A stretch of 13,641 nucleotides of DNA from assembly GCA_035703635.1 (NCBI GenBank), contig DASSXV010000059.1, positions 1 through 13,641 on the forward strand, in the 5' to 3' direction. Below the pieces are notes generated by a model, which was given only the letters and a program-made list of their open reading frames with translations, was not told the origin of the DNA and searched no databases. This DNA is from Trueperaceae bacterium. GTDB lineage: Bacteria; Deinococcota; Deinococci; Deinococcales; Trueperaceae. Positions 1 through 8,115 of this stretch are shown piece by piece; the stretch's first letter is position 1, and the number at the start of each line of letters is the position of its first letter. A program made the translations under genes and the position numbers.

Positions 1-88
1 GCAGCCACCATCGCGGGGCTGCCACGCCGCTTCACGTTCGGCGTCCGCCGTCGACGCGCGCACACTGCCCACAACATAGGCAACGCGC

Positions 89-94
89 TATACT
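89..94 (+). promoter_or_regulatory. Candidate sigma70-type -10 element (TATACT) for the MFS gene
   Basis: TATACT (5/6 match to TATAAT) in otherwise GC-rich DNA about 50 nt upstream of the MFS start; the -35 region is poor (CTGCCC/TGCCCA). Confidence 0.4.
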
Positions 95-142
95 CCCTCC
101 TCGCGCACCCGTTCGTTCCCGCGAACGCGCGCATGGAGGACC

Positions 143-2032
143 GTGACCCAAGCAACCGCTACTGTCAAGCAACCGGCTACTGACAGCCATAAGGCGCAAC
201 CAAGCGCGCCGCGCTTCAGCGCCCGCGAACGCAACCTCACATTCGCGGGCCTCTTGGTGGTCTTCCTCCTCGGCGCTCTCGACCAGACCATCGTGTCGAC
301 GGCCATGCCGCGCATCATCGAGCACCTGGGCGGTCTGAACCTCTACACCTGGGTCACGACGGCCTACTTGCTGGCCTCGACGGTCATGGTGCCGATCTAC
401 GGCAAGCTCTCGGACGATTTCGGCCGCAAGCCGATCCTCGTCTTCGGGGTGATCGTCTTCCTGATCGGCTCGGCGTTGAGCGGCCTCGCTGGCGAGTTCG
501 GTGACCTGCCTATCCTCGGCGGCGGCATGACCCAACTCATCGCCTTCAGGGCCCTGCAGGGGTTGGGCGGCGCTGCGCTCTTCTCGAGCGCGTTCGCCAT
601 CATCGCAGACATGATCCCGGCCGCCGAACGCGGCAAGTACCAGGGGCTGTTCGGCGGCGTGTTCGGCATCGCCGCCGTGCTTGGGCCGCTAGTCGGCGGG
701 TTCTTCACGGACATGGGCGACACGAACCTGCTCGGCATGACCATCGCCGGGTGGCGGTGGGTGTTCTACGTGAACTTGCCCATCGGGTTGCTCGCGCTGT
801 TCATGATCGCGCGCGTCATGCCGTCGTTGCCAGCAGCCGGGCGTAAGGGCAACCTCGACCTCGTTGGCGCCGCGCTTATCGTCACGACCTTCGTGCCGAT
901 GCTCCTCGCACTCACGTGGGCGGGTACGACCTACCCGTGGTCCTCGCCGATCATAATCGGCATGCTCGCGTTCTCGGCGGTCTCGCTGGTCGCGTTCATC
1001 TTCGTGGAGCGCCGCGTTTCGGACCCCATGCTGCCGCTCGCCCTGTTCAAGATCCGCGTGTTCACGATGGCGAACCTCGCTTCGTTCGTCATCAACGTGG
1101 CGTTCCTCGGCATCGTCATGTTCCTCCCGCTCTTCATGCAGCTCGTGCTCGGCGTTTCCGCCACGAACTCGGGTTTCACGCTCCTCCCCCTGATGAGCGG
1201 CATGATCGTCAGTTCGTTCCTTGCGGGCCTGCTCGTCACGAAGACGGGACGCTACAAGCCGATCATGATCGGCGGCTCCGTCATCCTGCTTATCGGGGCG
1301 GCGCTGCTGACTGGCATCAGCCTCGACTCGACCCTGTTCGGCCTCGGGTGGCGCATGGTCATCATCGGTGTCGGCCTCGGGCCGGCGCAGAGCCTGTTCA
1401 CCCTCGCCGTGCAGAACTCCGTGCCGTTCGCTGCCATGGGTGTCGCGACGAGCGCTAGCCAGTTCTTCCGCCAGATCGGGTCCGTCATCGGCCTAGCCAT
1501 CTTCGGCACGCTCCTGACGATCGGCGTGCAGCGCGAGGTTCCGAAGTACGTGCCTACTATCGCCGGGGTGAGCCAAGAGTTCGACCTCAACTCGTTAGGC
1601 GTCGCCGGCGAAGCGGGCGCTGGCGCACCGAGCGGCCTCCAAAGCGAGCTGACCGCAGCGTTCGGCGCCCTGCAGCAGCAAGTCGCTGCCACCGTAGCGG
1701 GCGACCAGGCCGCCGCGCTGGCGCTGGCATCCAACCCCGACCTGCCAGAGGCCGTGCGCACGTTCGGTGAACAGGCGCCGAGCCTCACGCTGGCCGAGCG
1801 CGAGAGCCAAGCGCCTGCGGTCTTCGGCGAGGTGCAGAGTTACGTCCAGGGACTAGGTGAGCGCTTCCAGCACGGCATCAAGACGGGCTTCGCCGTCGCC
1901 ATCCGCCTGCTGTTCCAGGTGAGCTTCGTCATCCTGCTGCTCGGCTCCGCCATCATTCCGTTCATCCCAGGCCTGCCGCTCCGCAAGGTCGCCGCCATCG
2001 ACGCAACGCGCTCGAGAGCGCATGCCGACTAG
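143..2032 (+). CDS. DHA2-family (EmrB/QacA-type, 14-TMS) MFS drug/H+ antiporter
   Basis: 629 aa. Motif D1 LDQTIVSTAMP, WVTTAYLL, motif A GKLSDDFGRKP, motif B RALQGLGG, GPLVGG, WRWVFYVNLPIG, and many hydrophobic helices. GGAGGA at 135-140 precedes the GTG start with unusually short spacing. Confidence 0.93.
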   Translation: MTQATATVKQPATDSHKAQPSAPRFSARERNLTFAGLLVVFLLGALDQTIVSTAMPRIIEHLGGLNLYTWVTTAYLLASTVMVPIYGKLSDDFGRKPILVFGVIVFLIGSALSGLAGEFGDLPILGGGMTQLIAFRALQGLGGAALFSSAFAIIADMIPAAERGKYQGLFGGVFGIAAVLGPLVGGFFTDMGDTNLLGMTIAGWRWVFYVNLPIGLLALFMIARVMPSLPAAGRKGNLDLVGAALIVTTFVPMLLALTWAGTTYPWSSPIIIGMLAFSAVSLVAFIFVERRVSDPMLPLALFKIRVFTMANLASFVINVAFLGIVMFLPLFMQLVLGVSATNSGFTLLPLMSGMIVSSFLAGLLVTKTGRYKPIMIGGSVILLIGAALLTGISLDSTLFGLGWRMVIIGVGLGPAQSLFTLAVQNSVPFAAMGVATSASQFFRQIGSVIGLAIFGTLLTIGVQREVPKYVPTIAGVSQEFDLNSLGVAGEAGAGAPSGLQSELTAAFGALQQQVAATVAGDQAAALALASNPDLPEAVRTFGEQAPSLTLAERESQAPAVFGEVQSYVQGLGERFQHGIKTGFAVAIRLLFQVSFVILLLGSAIIPFIPGLPLRKVAAIDATRSRAHAD

Positions 2033-2206
2033 GCGGAGTTGCTCACGAGCTGACTGCGCTCCTCAGGAAACGCTCACGTTCCGCGCCCGAGTGTTCTAGA
2101 GTTAGGTGCTCTCAACGCGCGGAGGTACCTACCAAGGGCGACGACACAGTCTCAGCCCGGTTGCGGCCCCGCCGTTAACGGCATCGATCACTTGGAGGTA
2201 AACGCG

Positions 2207-2494
2207 ATGGAAACCTGGTTACCCGTAATCATTCAGATCGTTGCTGGCCTCATCGGTGGCAACCTCGCCGGCTCGGCTAACAAGAAGGGCGGCCTCGGCG
2301 GGCTGCTCGGCTCGCTCGTCGGAGCGGTAGGCGGCCTGGGCGGCGGTCAGCTTCTTGGCGCCCTCGGCGTCGGGGGGAGCTCCTCGACCGACCTCATGTC
2401 GATCATCAGCGACGTGGTGGGCGGCGGTGCTGGCGGCGCGATTCTCGCCGGCGTAGTTTCGATGCTCAAGGGTGGCAGCGCCAAGAAGGCGTAA
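2207..2494 (+). CDS. Small glycine-rich membrane protein of unknown function (95 aa)
   Basis: GGAGGT Shine-Dalgarno (2194-2199) 7 nt before the ATG at 2207, preferred over the TTG at 2192. Repeated GxxxG hydrophobic segments (IIQIVAGLIGGNLAG, VGAVGGLGGGQLLG, VVGGGAGGAILAGVV). Followed by a terminator-like hairpin. Confidence 0.8.
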   Translation: METWLPVIIQIVAGLIGGNLAGSANKKGGLGGLLGSLVGAVGGLGGGQLLGALGVGGSSSTDLMSIISDVVGGGAGGAILAGVVSMLKGGSAKKA

Positions 2495-2516
2495 GCAACG
2501 GCGGAACCTGAACACG

Positions 2517-2547
2517 GGCGCCGCGGCTACGCGGCGCCTTCACTTTT
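2517..2547 (+). terminator. Probable intrinsic terminator of the Gly-rich protein gene, overlapping the glpD stop codon
   Basis: Perfect 9-bp stem GGCGCCGCG-gcta-CGCGGCGCC (2517-2538) followed by TTCACTTTT on the + strand. Confidence 0.65.
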
Positions 2548-4149
2548 GAGCAGCTCCTCTACGCGCGGCCTGACTGCTTGCGCTGCCTGGCTGTCGAGGA
2601 ACCCGAGGCGTGTACGGCGCTCGAGCACGTCGTCCGCCGTGTGCGCGAACTCGTTGTCTCGCGCGTAAACGACCTCAGCCTCGAGGTAGGGGAGGTCAGG
2701 GGCAAGGCGCTCACCAAGGCCGGCCGCCGCAAGGCGCGCAACGTGCGGAGCGCAGTCGCCGTACGAGCTGTTGAGGTGTGCGGCCACATCCGGCGCCAAG
2801 CCGAACTCGGTAACGAGCCGCGCGCCGCCATCGGCGACGTGACCGGTAGCGCCAACTAGCTTGAGGGTCTCGGTCACGCTGCCGCGTAGCGGTGCTAGTT
2901 GGGCGTGGCTCACGGCCACGTCGACCGCGTCCTCCGCCATGCGTCTGTAAGTCGTCCACTTGCCACCTGTGATGCTGATGAGGCCGCTGCCGCTCACGAG
3001 GATGGTGTGGTCCCGCGAGATGCGCGCGGTGCCGTGAGCGGTGCTCACCGTGCGTTTGACGCCGTGGTGGGTCGTGTCCTCGTCAGTCAACTGTCCAACC
3101 ACCTCCTGCTGCACTAGCGGGCGGAGGCCAGACCAGGACGCGAGCACGTCGCTGCGCTCAACCGGCAAGTCGAAGTAGTGCTGCACGTGGCGGAGGATAT
3201 AGGCGACGTCGACCTCGGACGCTTTCGGATCCTCCTCGACTGGCGCCGGGTTGTCGGTCGTGCCAACCAACGTGCGCCCGAGCCAGGGGAGCAAGAAGAG
3301 CACCCTGCCGTCCTCCGTCTTGGGAATGAGGAGGCCCGTGTCTGGCGGGCTGAAACGTGCTGGGAGCACGACGTGCACGCCTGAGCTCGTCTTGAGGATC
3401 TCTTGAGTGCCAGGGTCGTCGAGCTTGCGCAACGCGTCAACGAACGGCCCGGTGGCGTTGATGACGGCCTTGGCCTTCACCTCCACCTCCCCGCCGTCCC
3501 CTGGCAGGCTGCCGATCGCGCTCACGCCCGTCACGTGGCCGGCCTGCTTGAGGAGTTCGGTGACGCCGACGTAGTTGAGCACGACGGCGCCCTCGCGCGC
3601 GGCCGTCAGCGCCAGCGTCACGTTCATGCGTGCGTCATCGAACTGGCCGTCGTGGTACTCGACCGCGCCGCGCAGGCCCTCATGGCGCAACATCGGGAAG
3701 CGCTCAGTTGCCTGATCGCGGTTGATGAGCCGGCTCGGCTTGAGGTTGGCGCGGCCTGCGAGCATGTCGTAAAGCTTGAGGCCCGTGAAGTAGTAAGGCA
3801 GCTCGAGAGCGCCGTAGATGGGGGTGAGGAGCGGGAGCGGGTGCGCCAGGTGCGGAGCGTTGTGTAGTAGGACGGCGCGCTCCTTCAGCGCCTCGCGCAC
3901 GAGGTGGAACTGGGAGCGGTCAGCGTGCTTGACGGCCTGTTCGAGGTAGCGCACGCCGCCATGCACGAGCTTGGTGCTGCGGCTGCTGGTGCCAGACGAG
4001 AAGTCGTGGCGTTCGAGGAGCACAGTTTTGAGGCCGCGAGTGGCGGCCTCTAGCGCGATGCCCGTGCCGGTAGCTCCGCCGCCGACGACGACCACGTCGA
4101 ACTCCTCGCGCCTGAGGCGGTCGAATGTTGTTGTGCGCTGGCTGCTCAA
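2527..4149 (-). CDS. glpD: FAD-dependent glycerol-3-phosphate dehydrogenase (GlpD/GlpA family)
   Basis: FDVVVVGGGATGTGIA FAD-binding motif, DFSSGTSSRSTKLVHGGVRYLE signature, DGQFDDARM, VINATGPFVD, SGLRPL, ITGGKWTTYRRMAED, C-terminal DDVLERRTRL. Start placed at TTG 4149 behind a purine-rich GGGGAGAGGGG; the ORF-track extension to 4278 looks non-coding. Confidence 0.92.
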   Translation of the reverse strand: MSSQRTTTFDRLRREEFDVVVVGGGATGTGIALEAATRGLKTVLLERHDFSSGTSSRSTKLVHGGVRYLEQAVKHADRSQFHLVREALKERAVLLHNAPHLAHPLPLLTPIYGALELPYYFTGLKLYDMLAGRANLKPSRLINRDQATERFPMLRHEGLRGAVEYHDGQFDDARMNVTLALTAAREGAVVLNYVGVTELLKQAGHVTGVSAIGSLPGDGGEVEVKAKAVINATGPFVDALRKLDDPGTQEILKTSSGVHVVLPARFSPPDTGLLIPKTEDGRVLFLLPWLGRTLVGTTDNPAPVEEDPKASEVDVAYILRHVQHYFDLPVERSDVLASWSGLRPLVQQEVVGQLTDEDTTHHGVKRTVSTAHGTARISRDHTILVSGSGLISITGGKWTTYRRMAEDAVDVAVSHAQLAPLRGSVTETLKLVGATGHVADGGARLVTEFGLAPDVAAHLNSSYGDCAPHVARLAAAGLGERLAPDLPYLEAEVVYARDNEFAHTADDVLERRTRLGFLDSQAAQAVRPRVEELLKSEGAA

Positions 4150-4430
4150 CGTGCCCCTCTCCCCTGATCGTAGTGCGGCGAGCCGCCGCAATTGAAAGGT
4201 GTAGGTATCGAGCCTAGCAAGTCGACGCCAACCGCGCCAGAGTGACGAGCGGCAGCATGGCAGCGTGACCAGTGCCACAAACCCCTCGAGCAGTCGGACT
4301 TAACGTGTCGTAAGTACCGCGCCGACCAGCCAGGATGGCGCGGCCCAGAGGTGCGTGGACGCCACGCTCCGACAGGCAACTGGACCGCGGTCAGCCGGGC
4401 TCCCTAGCGGCGCAGCTTTGGAGGAGCGTT

Positions 4431-4664
4431 ATGGGCACCGTCGTCTTGGCAATCGGCTCCGGCATGTTGATCGGCTCAGCGTTGCTGCTGTATTGGTTCT
4501 TCGCGCGGCCAGGGGTGAAGGTGCCCGCTGGCGTTTCTTCGCTCGAGATCGCCGACTACCCGCGAGTGGCTGGCCTCTTCGAAGGCATGATGATGTTCGC
4601 CTTCGGGGCGTTCCTCTTCATCTTCGGTTTGACCTGGCTCATCTCGGGCGGCGCGACCGGCTGA
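4431..4664 (+). CDS. Small hypothetical membrane protein (77 aa, two predicted TM helices)
   Basis: Strong GGAGGAG SD at 4420-4426 before ATG 4431. Two hydrophobic stretches (VVLAIGSGMLIGSALLLYWFF; MMMFAFGAFLFIFGLTWLI). It fills the gap between glpD and the thioredoxin gene. Confidence 0.65.
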   Translation: MGTVVLAIGSGMLIGSALLLYWFFARPGVKVPAGVSSLEIADYPRVAGLFEGMMMFAFGAFLFIFGLTWLISGGATG

Positions 4665-4722
4665 AGTTCGGCACGTAGCTGGCGACTACCCGCAGCCAAC
4701 TTAGGCTCCGGTAAGATTCGGT

Positions 4723-5250
4723 GTGGCAGTTACGCGTCGGCGAGGGAAGCTCCGCACCGTCTTGGTGGCGGTTGCCGGTGTCACTGTGCTGGTGCTGCTG
4801 TGGTTCCTCTTCCAGCCAGCTGCCACGCACGCCAGGGGCCTGCCCGACGTGACCCTCGAACGGCTGAGCGGCGGCACCGTCTCGTTAGCCGAAGCCACTG
4901 GCCAGCCCGTTGTGGTGAACCTGTGGGCCACCTGGTGCCCACCTTGCCGCCGGGAGTTGCCGATGATGAGTGGCGCCGCGCGCGGCAACCCGCAGGTGCA
5001 GTTCTACTTCGCCGATCAGGGTGAGGACCGCGCCACCGTGCAGGCTTACCTTGACGAGCGCCCAGAACTAGTGCTCGAGCACGTCCTGCTCGACGAGGCA
5101 AGCGAGCTCTCCAACAGCTTCGAGGCGATGGGCTTGCCGGTGACGTTGTTCTTCGACGCCAGCGGCAATCACGTGCTCACGCACGTCGGAGAGGTCAGCG
5201 AGATCGAGATGCTCAACTACCTGACCGACCTCAAACGCGGCACGCTGTAA
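4723..5250 (+). CDS. TlpA/ResA-family membrane-anchored thiol-disulfide oxidoreductase
   Basis: N-terminal basic residues plus a TM anchor, GQPVVVNLWATWCPPCRRELP active-site motif, and GLPVTLFFD cis-Pro loop. The start codon is uncertain because no clear SD is visible. Confidence 0.9.
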   Translation: MAVTRRRGKLRTVLVAVAGVTVLVLLWFLFQPAATHARGLPDVTLERLSGGTVSLAEATGQPVVVNLWATWCPPCRRELPMMSGAARGNPQVQFYFADQGEDRATVQAYLDERPELVLEHVLLDEASELSNSFEAMGLPVTLFFDASGNHVLTHVGEVSEIEMLNYLTDLKRGTL

Positions 5251-5279
5251 CTGACAGGCGCCCAGCGGACGCCCGTCAG
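5251..5279 (-). terminator. Hairpin at the 3' end of the nos operon, between convergent genes
   Basis: On the minus strand CTGACGGGCGTCC-gct-GGGCGCCTGTCAG forms a 13-bp stem with two G-U pairs (A-C mismatches on the + strand). It lies 9 nt after the nosY stop and has only a short U tail (TTA). Confidence 0.5.
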
Positions 5280-5288
5280 CTCCTAACC

Positions 5289-6080
5289 TCAGAAGTTCTT
5301 GCGCCTGAAAGTCCATAGCCCAAGCGCGACCGGGGCAACGACCCAAGCGAGTAGGGCGGCTACCGCGACCATGGCGCCCGTTGCGCTGCCGAGGAACGTG
5401 CGGAACAGCGCGCCCGTGTAGCCCATGAGCGCCGCCGTGTCGAGCTGCAGGAGCACGAGGATGCGCGAGAGGTCGATGGGGTTGAGGATGCTAAGCAGCA
5501 TGACGGCGCCCTCGATGGGGTAGGCCTGCGCCACGACGATGAAGTAGAGGACGAGCCCATCGTAGACGACGGTCAGGCCGAGCCACACGGCGAGCGCTAT
5601 GCCGAGCGCCCTAGCGCGCTCCTCGTTGGCCAGGCCCATCCAGAAGGCCAGCGCGGTGAACACGAGGCTGATCAGCGCCCCGGCAACGAGCAGGCTGACG
5701 ACCATGCCGGCATCGAGCTGCCTCGAGAAGCCGAACAAGGCGAACGGAACTCCGGTGCCGATCACGAAGGCGCCGGCTAGCGGCAGGGCCACCCCCGCGT
5801 ACTGGCCGATGAAAACGCTTGGGCGCGAGACTGGCTGCGTGAGGATCAGCTGCACGAAATCGCGCGTGTAGTAGTAGTGGTTCATGCCGAGCATCAGCGA
5901 CACGAGCGGGATGACGAGGAGCACGAGGTTTAGGGAGCTGAGGGCTGCCTGCGCCGCGTCGTCGCCGAAGTAGAGGAGCCCGCCAGTAGCGATCAGGAAG
6001 AAGAGCGTGTAGATCAGGATCCAGCGGCTACGCATGAGGTCGAAGAAGGCGTACTTCATGACCTTTAGGGTCGTGTTCAT
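5289..6080 (-). CDS. nosY: NosY, permease subunit of the NosDFY ABC transporter
   Basis: 263 aa polytopic membrane protein with QPVSR and LNPIDLSRILVLLQLDTAALMGYTGA motifs typical of clade II NosY. ATGA overlap with nosF. Confidence 0.88.
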   Translation of the reverse strand: MNTTLKVMKYAFFDLMRSRWILIYTLFFLIATGGLLYFGDDAAQAALSSLNLVLLVIPLVSLMLGMNHYYYTRDFVQLILTQPVSRPSVFIGQYAGVALPLAGAFVIGTGVPFALFGFSRQLDAGMVVSLLVAGALISLVFTALAFWMGLANEERARALGIALAVWLGLTVVYDGLVLYFIVVAQAYPIEGAVMLLSILNPIDLSRILVLLQLDTAALMGYTGALFRTFLGSATGAMVAVAALLAWVVAPVALGLWTFRRKNF

Positions 6081-6841
6081 GCGGCTCCCTCTCTCACGGG
6101 CGCGGTTGGCAGGTGCGCGCTGGCGGCGTCCAGGTTGACCTCGCCCGTCATGACCTTCGCTATGGCGCGCTCGAGGCGCTTCTCGCCCGTCGCGGTCCTG
6201 ATGGCGTCGAGGCTTCCGCGGTAACGCACGGTGCCCTCCAGGAGGAAGAGGACCTCGTCAGTCAACTCCTCCAGCTCGCTCATGACGTGCGAGGTGAGGA
6301 TGACGGTGGCGCCCCGCTCGCGCTCCTCCAAGATGCGGTCCTTCAAGCGGCTGCTGGCCACCGGGTCGAGGCCGGCGCTCGGCTCGTCGAGGAGCAGAAC
6401 CTTCGGGCGGAAGAGGAACGTGAGGACGGCGCTCGCTTTCTGCTTCGTGCCGCCTGACAGGACCCGCAGCGGCTTGTTGAGGTGCGGCTTGAGTTCGAAG
6501 AGCGCGATGAGGGCGTCGAGGCCCTCGGGGCGAACGCCGCGCAGGTCTTGGATGAAGGCGAAGAGCTCGCTCACCTTCAGGTTGTCAGGGAAGCGCGGCT
6601 CTTGCGGCATGTAACCGACCTCGCGGCGCGAAGCTGGGTTGTTGCGCGTCGGTTCTCCACCGACGGTGACGCTGCCAGCGTCTGGCAGCACGAGGCCGAG
6701 GATCGACTTGATCAGTGTCGTCTTCCCTGAGGCGTTCGGACCGATGATGGACGTAACGCGGCCCGGCTCGAAGGTGGCGCTGACGTTGTCTAGCACCTTT
6801 AGCCGGCCGAAGCTCTTGCTTAGACCGTCTACGACTACCAT
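6077..6841 (-). CDS. nosF: NosF, ABC ATPase
   Basis: Walker A GPNASGKTT, Q-loop GYMPQ, signature LSGGTKQK, Walker B LLLDEP, H-loop TSH. Located between nosD and nosY and overlapping both. Confidence 0.9.
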   Translation of the reverse strand: MVVVDGLSKSFGRLKVLDNVSATFEPGRVTSIIGPNASGKTTLIKSILGLVLPDAGSVTVGGEPTRNNPASRREVGYMPQEPRFPDNLKVSELFAFIQDLRGVRPEGLDALIALFELKPHLNKPLRVLSGGTKQKASAVLTFLFRPKVLLLDEPSAGLDPVASSRLKDRILEERERGATVILTSHVMSELEELTDEVLFLLEGTVRYRGSLDAIRTATGEKRLERAIAKVMTGEVNLDAASAHLPTAPVREGAA

Positions 6842-8115
6842 CGGATCCTCCCCATGAGCGGCCGGTCGTCTTCGATGGCCTTCGGTGTGATTATCGGCAG
6901 AAGTCTCTCAGCGTAATCCATCAGTTGCGAGAGCGGGCTGCGCAGCAGGATCATCGACTGCGGGAAGCCTTGGACGGTCATCGCGAACAGCCTCACGGGC
7001 CTGAACGGCACGTCGCCGATGCCGTCGCGGTCGAGGTCGTAGCCTTCGTACGCGTCCCAGTAGTTCTCGAGGAAGGCGTTGTACGAGCGGTTGGAGTTCG
7101 TGATCACGTCGAAGGTGTTCCCTATGAAGTTGTTGTACATGACCCTAACGCCCATCGAGTTCGATAGCACGCGCAGCGCGTAACCGTTGCGGATGAAGTC
7201 GTTGCGGTCAAGGTCGGTGCGGTTGGAGCCGTCTATGTAGACGGCAGCGGAGTTGTCCTCGAAGGTGTTGCGCGAAACGACTGAGTCGTTGATGTCCTTG
7301 AGAAGTAGGCCGTATGCCGCCGCCCCCCAGTTGTCGACGAAGTGGTTGCCGATCATGTCGATCTGCTTGGAGTACATGACGGCCACCCCCGCGCCGTTGT
7401 TGCGGAAGGTGTTGTTCTCGAACTGCGACTCGTTGGAGAACATGAAGTGCAGACCGTAGCGCAGGTTGTTCTCGCTGACATTGTTGCTGACGTGCGTGTT
7501 GCGGGCGAACTCTAGATAGATGCCGTCGCGGTGACCGCTGACGTAGTTGCCTTCGATTGAGATATGGAACGCGTTCCACAGCTGGATGGCGTTGCCCGTG
7601 TAGGCCTCGAGCTCGCCTTCGCTGGTGACGCGGTTGCCGCGGACGGTGCAACCGAGCGACTTGGCGAGGTAGATGCCGAAGAAGGCGTTCTCGACGCGGT
7701 TGTTCTCGATGAGGCAGTTCTCGACCTCCTCGACCCGAATGGCGGCTATGTCGACCAAGTGGGAGCGGCCCGCGTCTCTCAGGACCAGGCCGCGCACGAC
7801 GACGTCGTTGGCCGCCACGGTGAGGATGCCGTGCTGCAGCTCGCCGTCTAGGACGGGCCAATCTACGCCTTCAAGCGTGATCTGCTTGTCGATGACGAGG
7901 GGGCCTTCGCGGTACGTGCCGCCATGTACGAGCACCGTGTCGCCGTCCACTGCCGCCGCTAGCGCCGTGCCAACGCTGCTGAACGCGCAACTACCGCCGC
8001 AGACCTCGAGGGTGCGCGCCTGCGCGAGTGCGGGAGCGCTGCTCAGGGTCATGGCCGCAGCCGCGCAGACGACGGCGACCATGGCCCTGACTGTGGATGG
8101 TAGGCGCCAGTTCAC
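6835..8115 (-). CDS. nosD: NosD, periplasmic beta-helix maturation protein for the CuZ site
   Basis: Signal peptide ending ALA-Q, Asn-rich parallel beta-helix repeats, GHRDGIYLEF, NLRYGLHFMFS, NGAGVAVMYS, NYWDAYEGYDLDRDGIGDVP. The GTG start overlaps the upstream TAG (TAGTG); the downstream ATG (MVAVV) is an alternative start. Confidence 0.95.
   Translation of the reverse strand: MNWRLPSTVRAMVAVVCAAAAMTLSSAPALAQARTLEVCGGSCAFSSVGTALAAAVDGDTVLVHGGTYREGPLVIDKQITLEGVDWPVLDGELQHGILTVAANDVVVRGLVLRDAGRSHLVDIAAIRVEEVENCLIENNRVENAFFGIYLAKSLGCTVRGNRVTSEGELEAYTGNAIQLWNAFHISIEGNYVSGHRDGIYLEFARNTHVSNNVSENNLRYGLHFMFSNESQFENNTFRNNGAGVAVMYSKQIDMIGNHFVDNWGAAAYGLLLKDINDSVVSRNTFEDNSAAVYIDGSNRTDLDRNDFIRNGYALRVLSNSMGVRVMYNNFIGNTFDVITNSNRSYNAFLENYWDAYEGYDLDRDGIGDVPFRPVRLFAMTVQGFPQSMILLRSPLSQLMDYAERLLPIITPKAIEDDRPLMGRIRW

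Noticed and set aside
4150..4278. N-terminal extension of GlpD
   Set aside because: Atypical composition. The FAD-binding motif lies about 15 aa after TTG 4149, which has a purine-rich SD.
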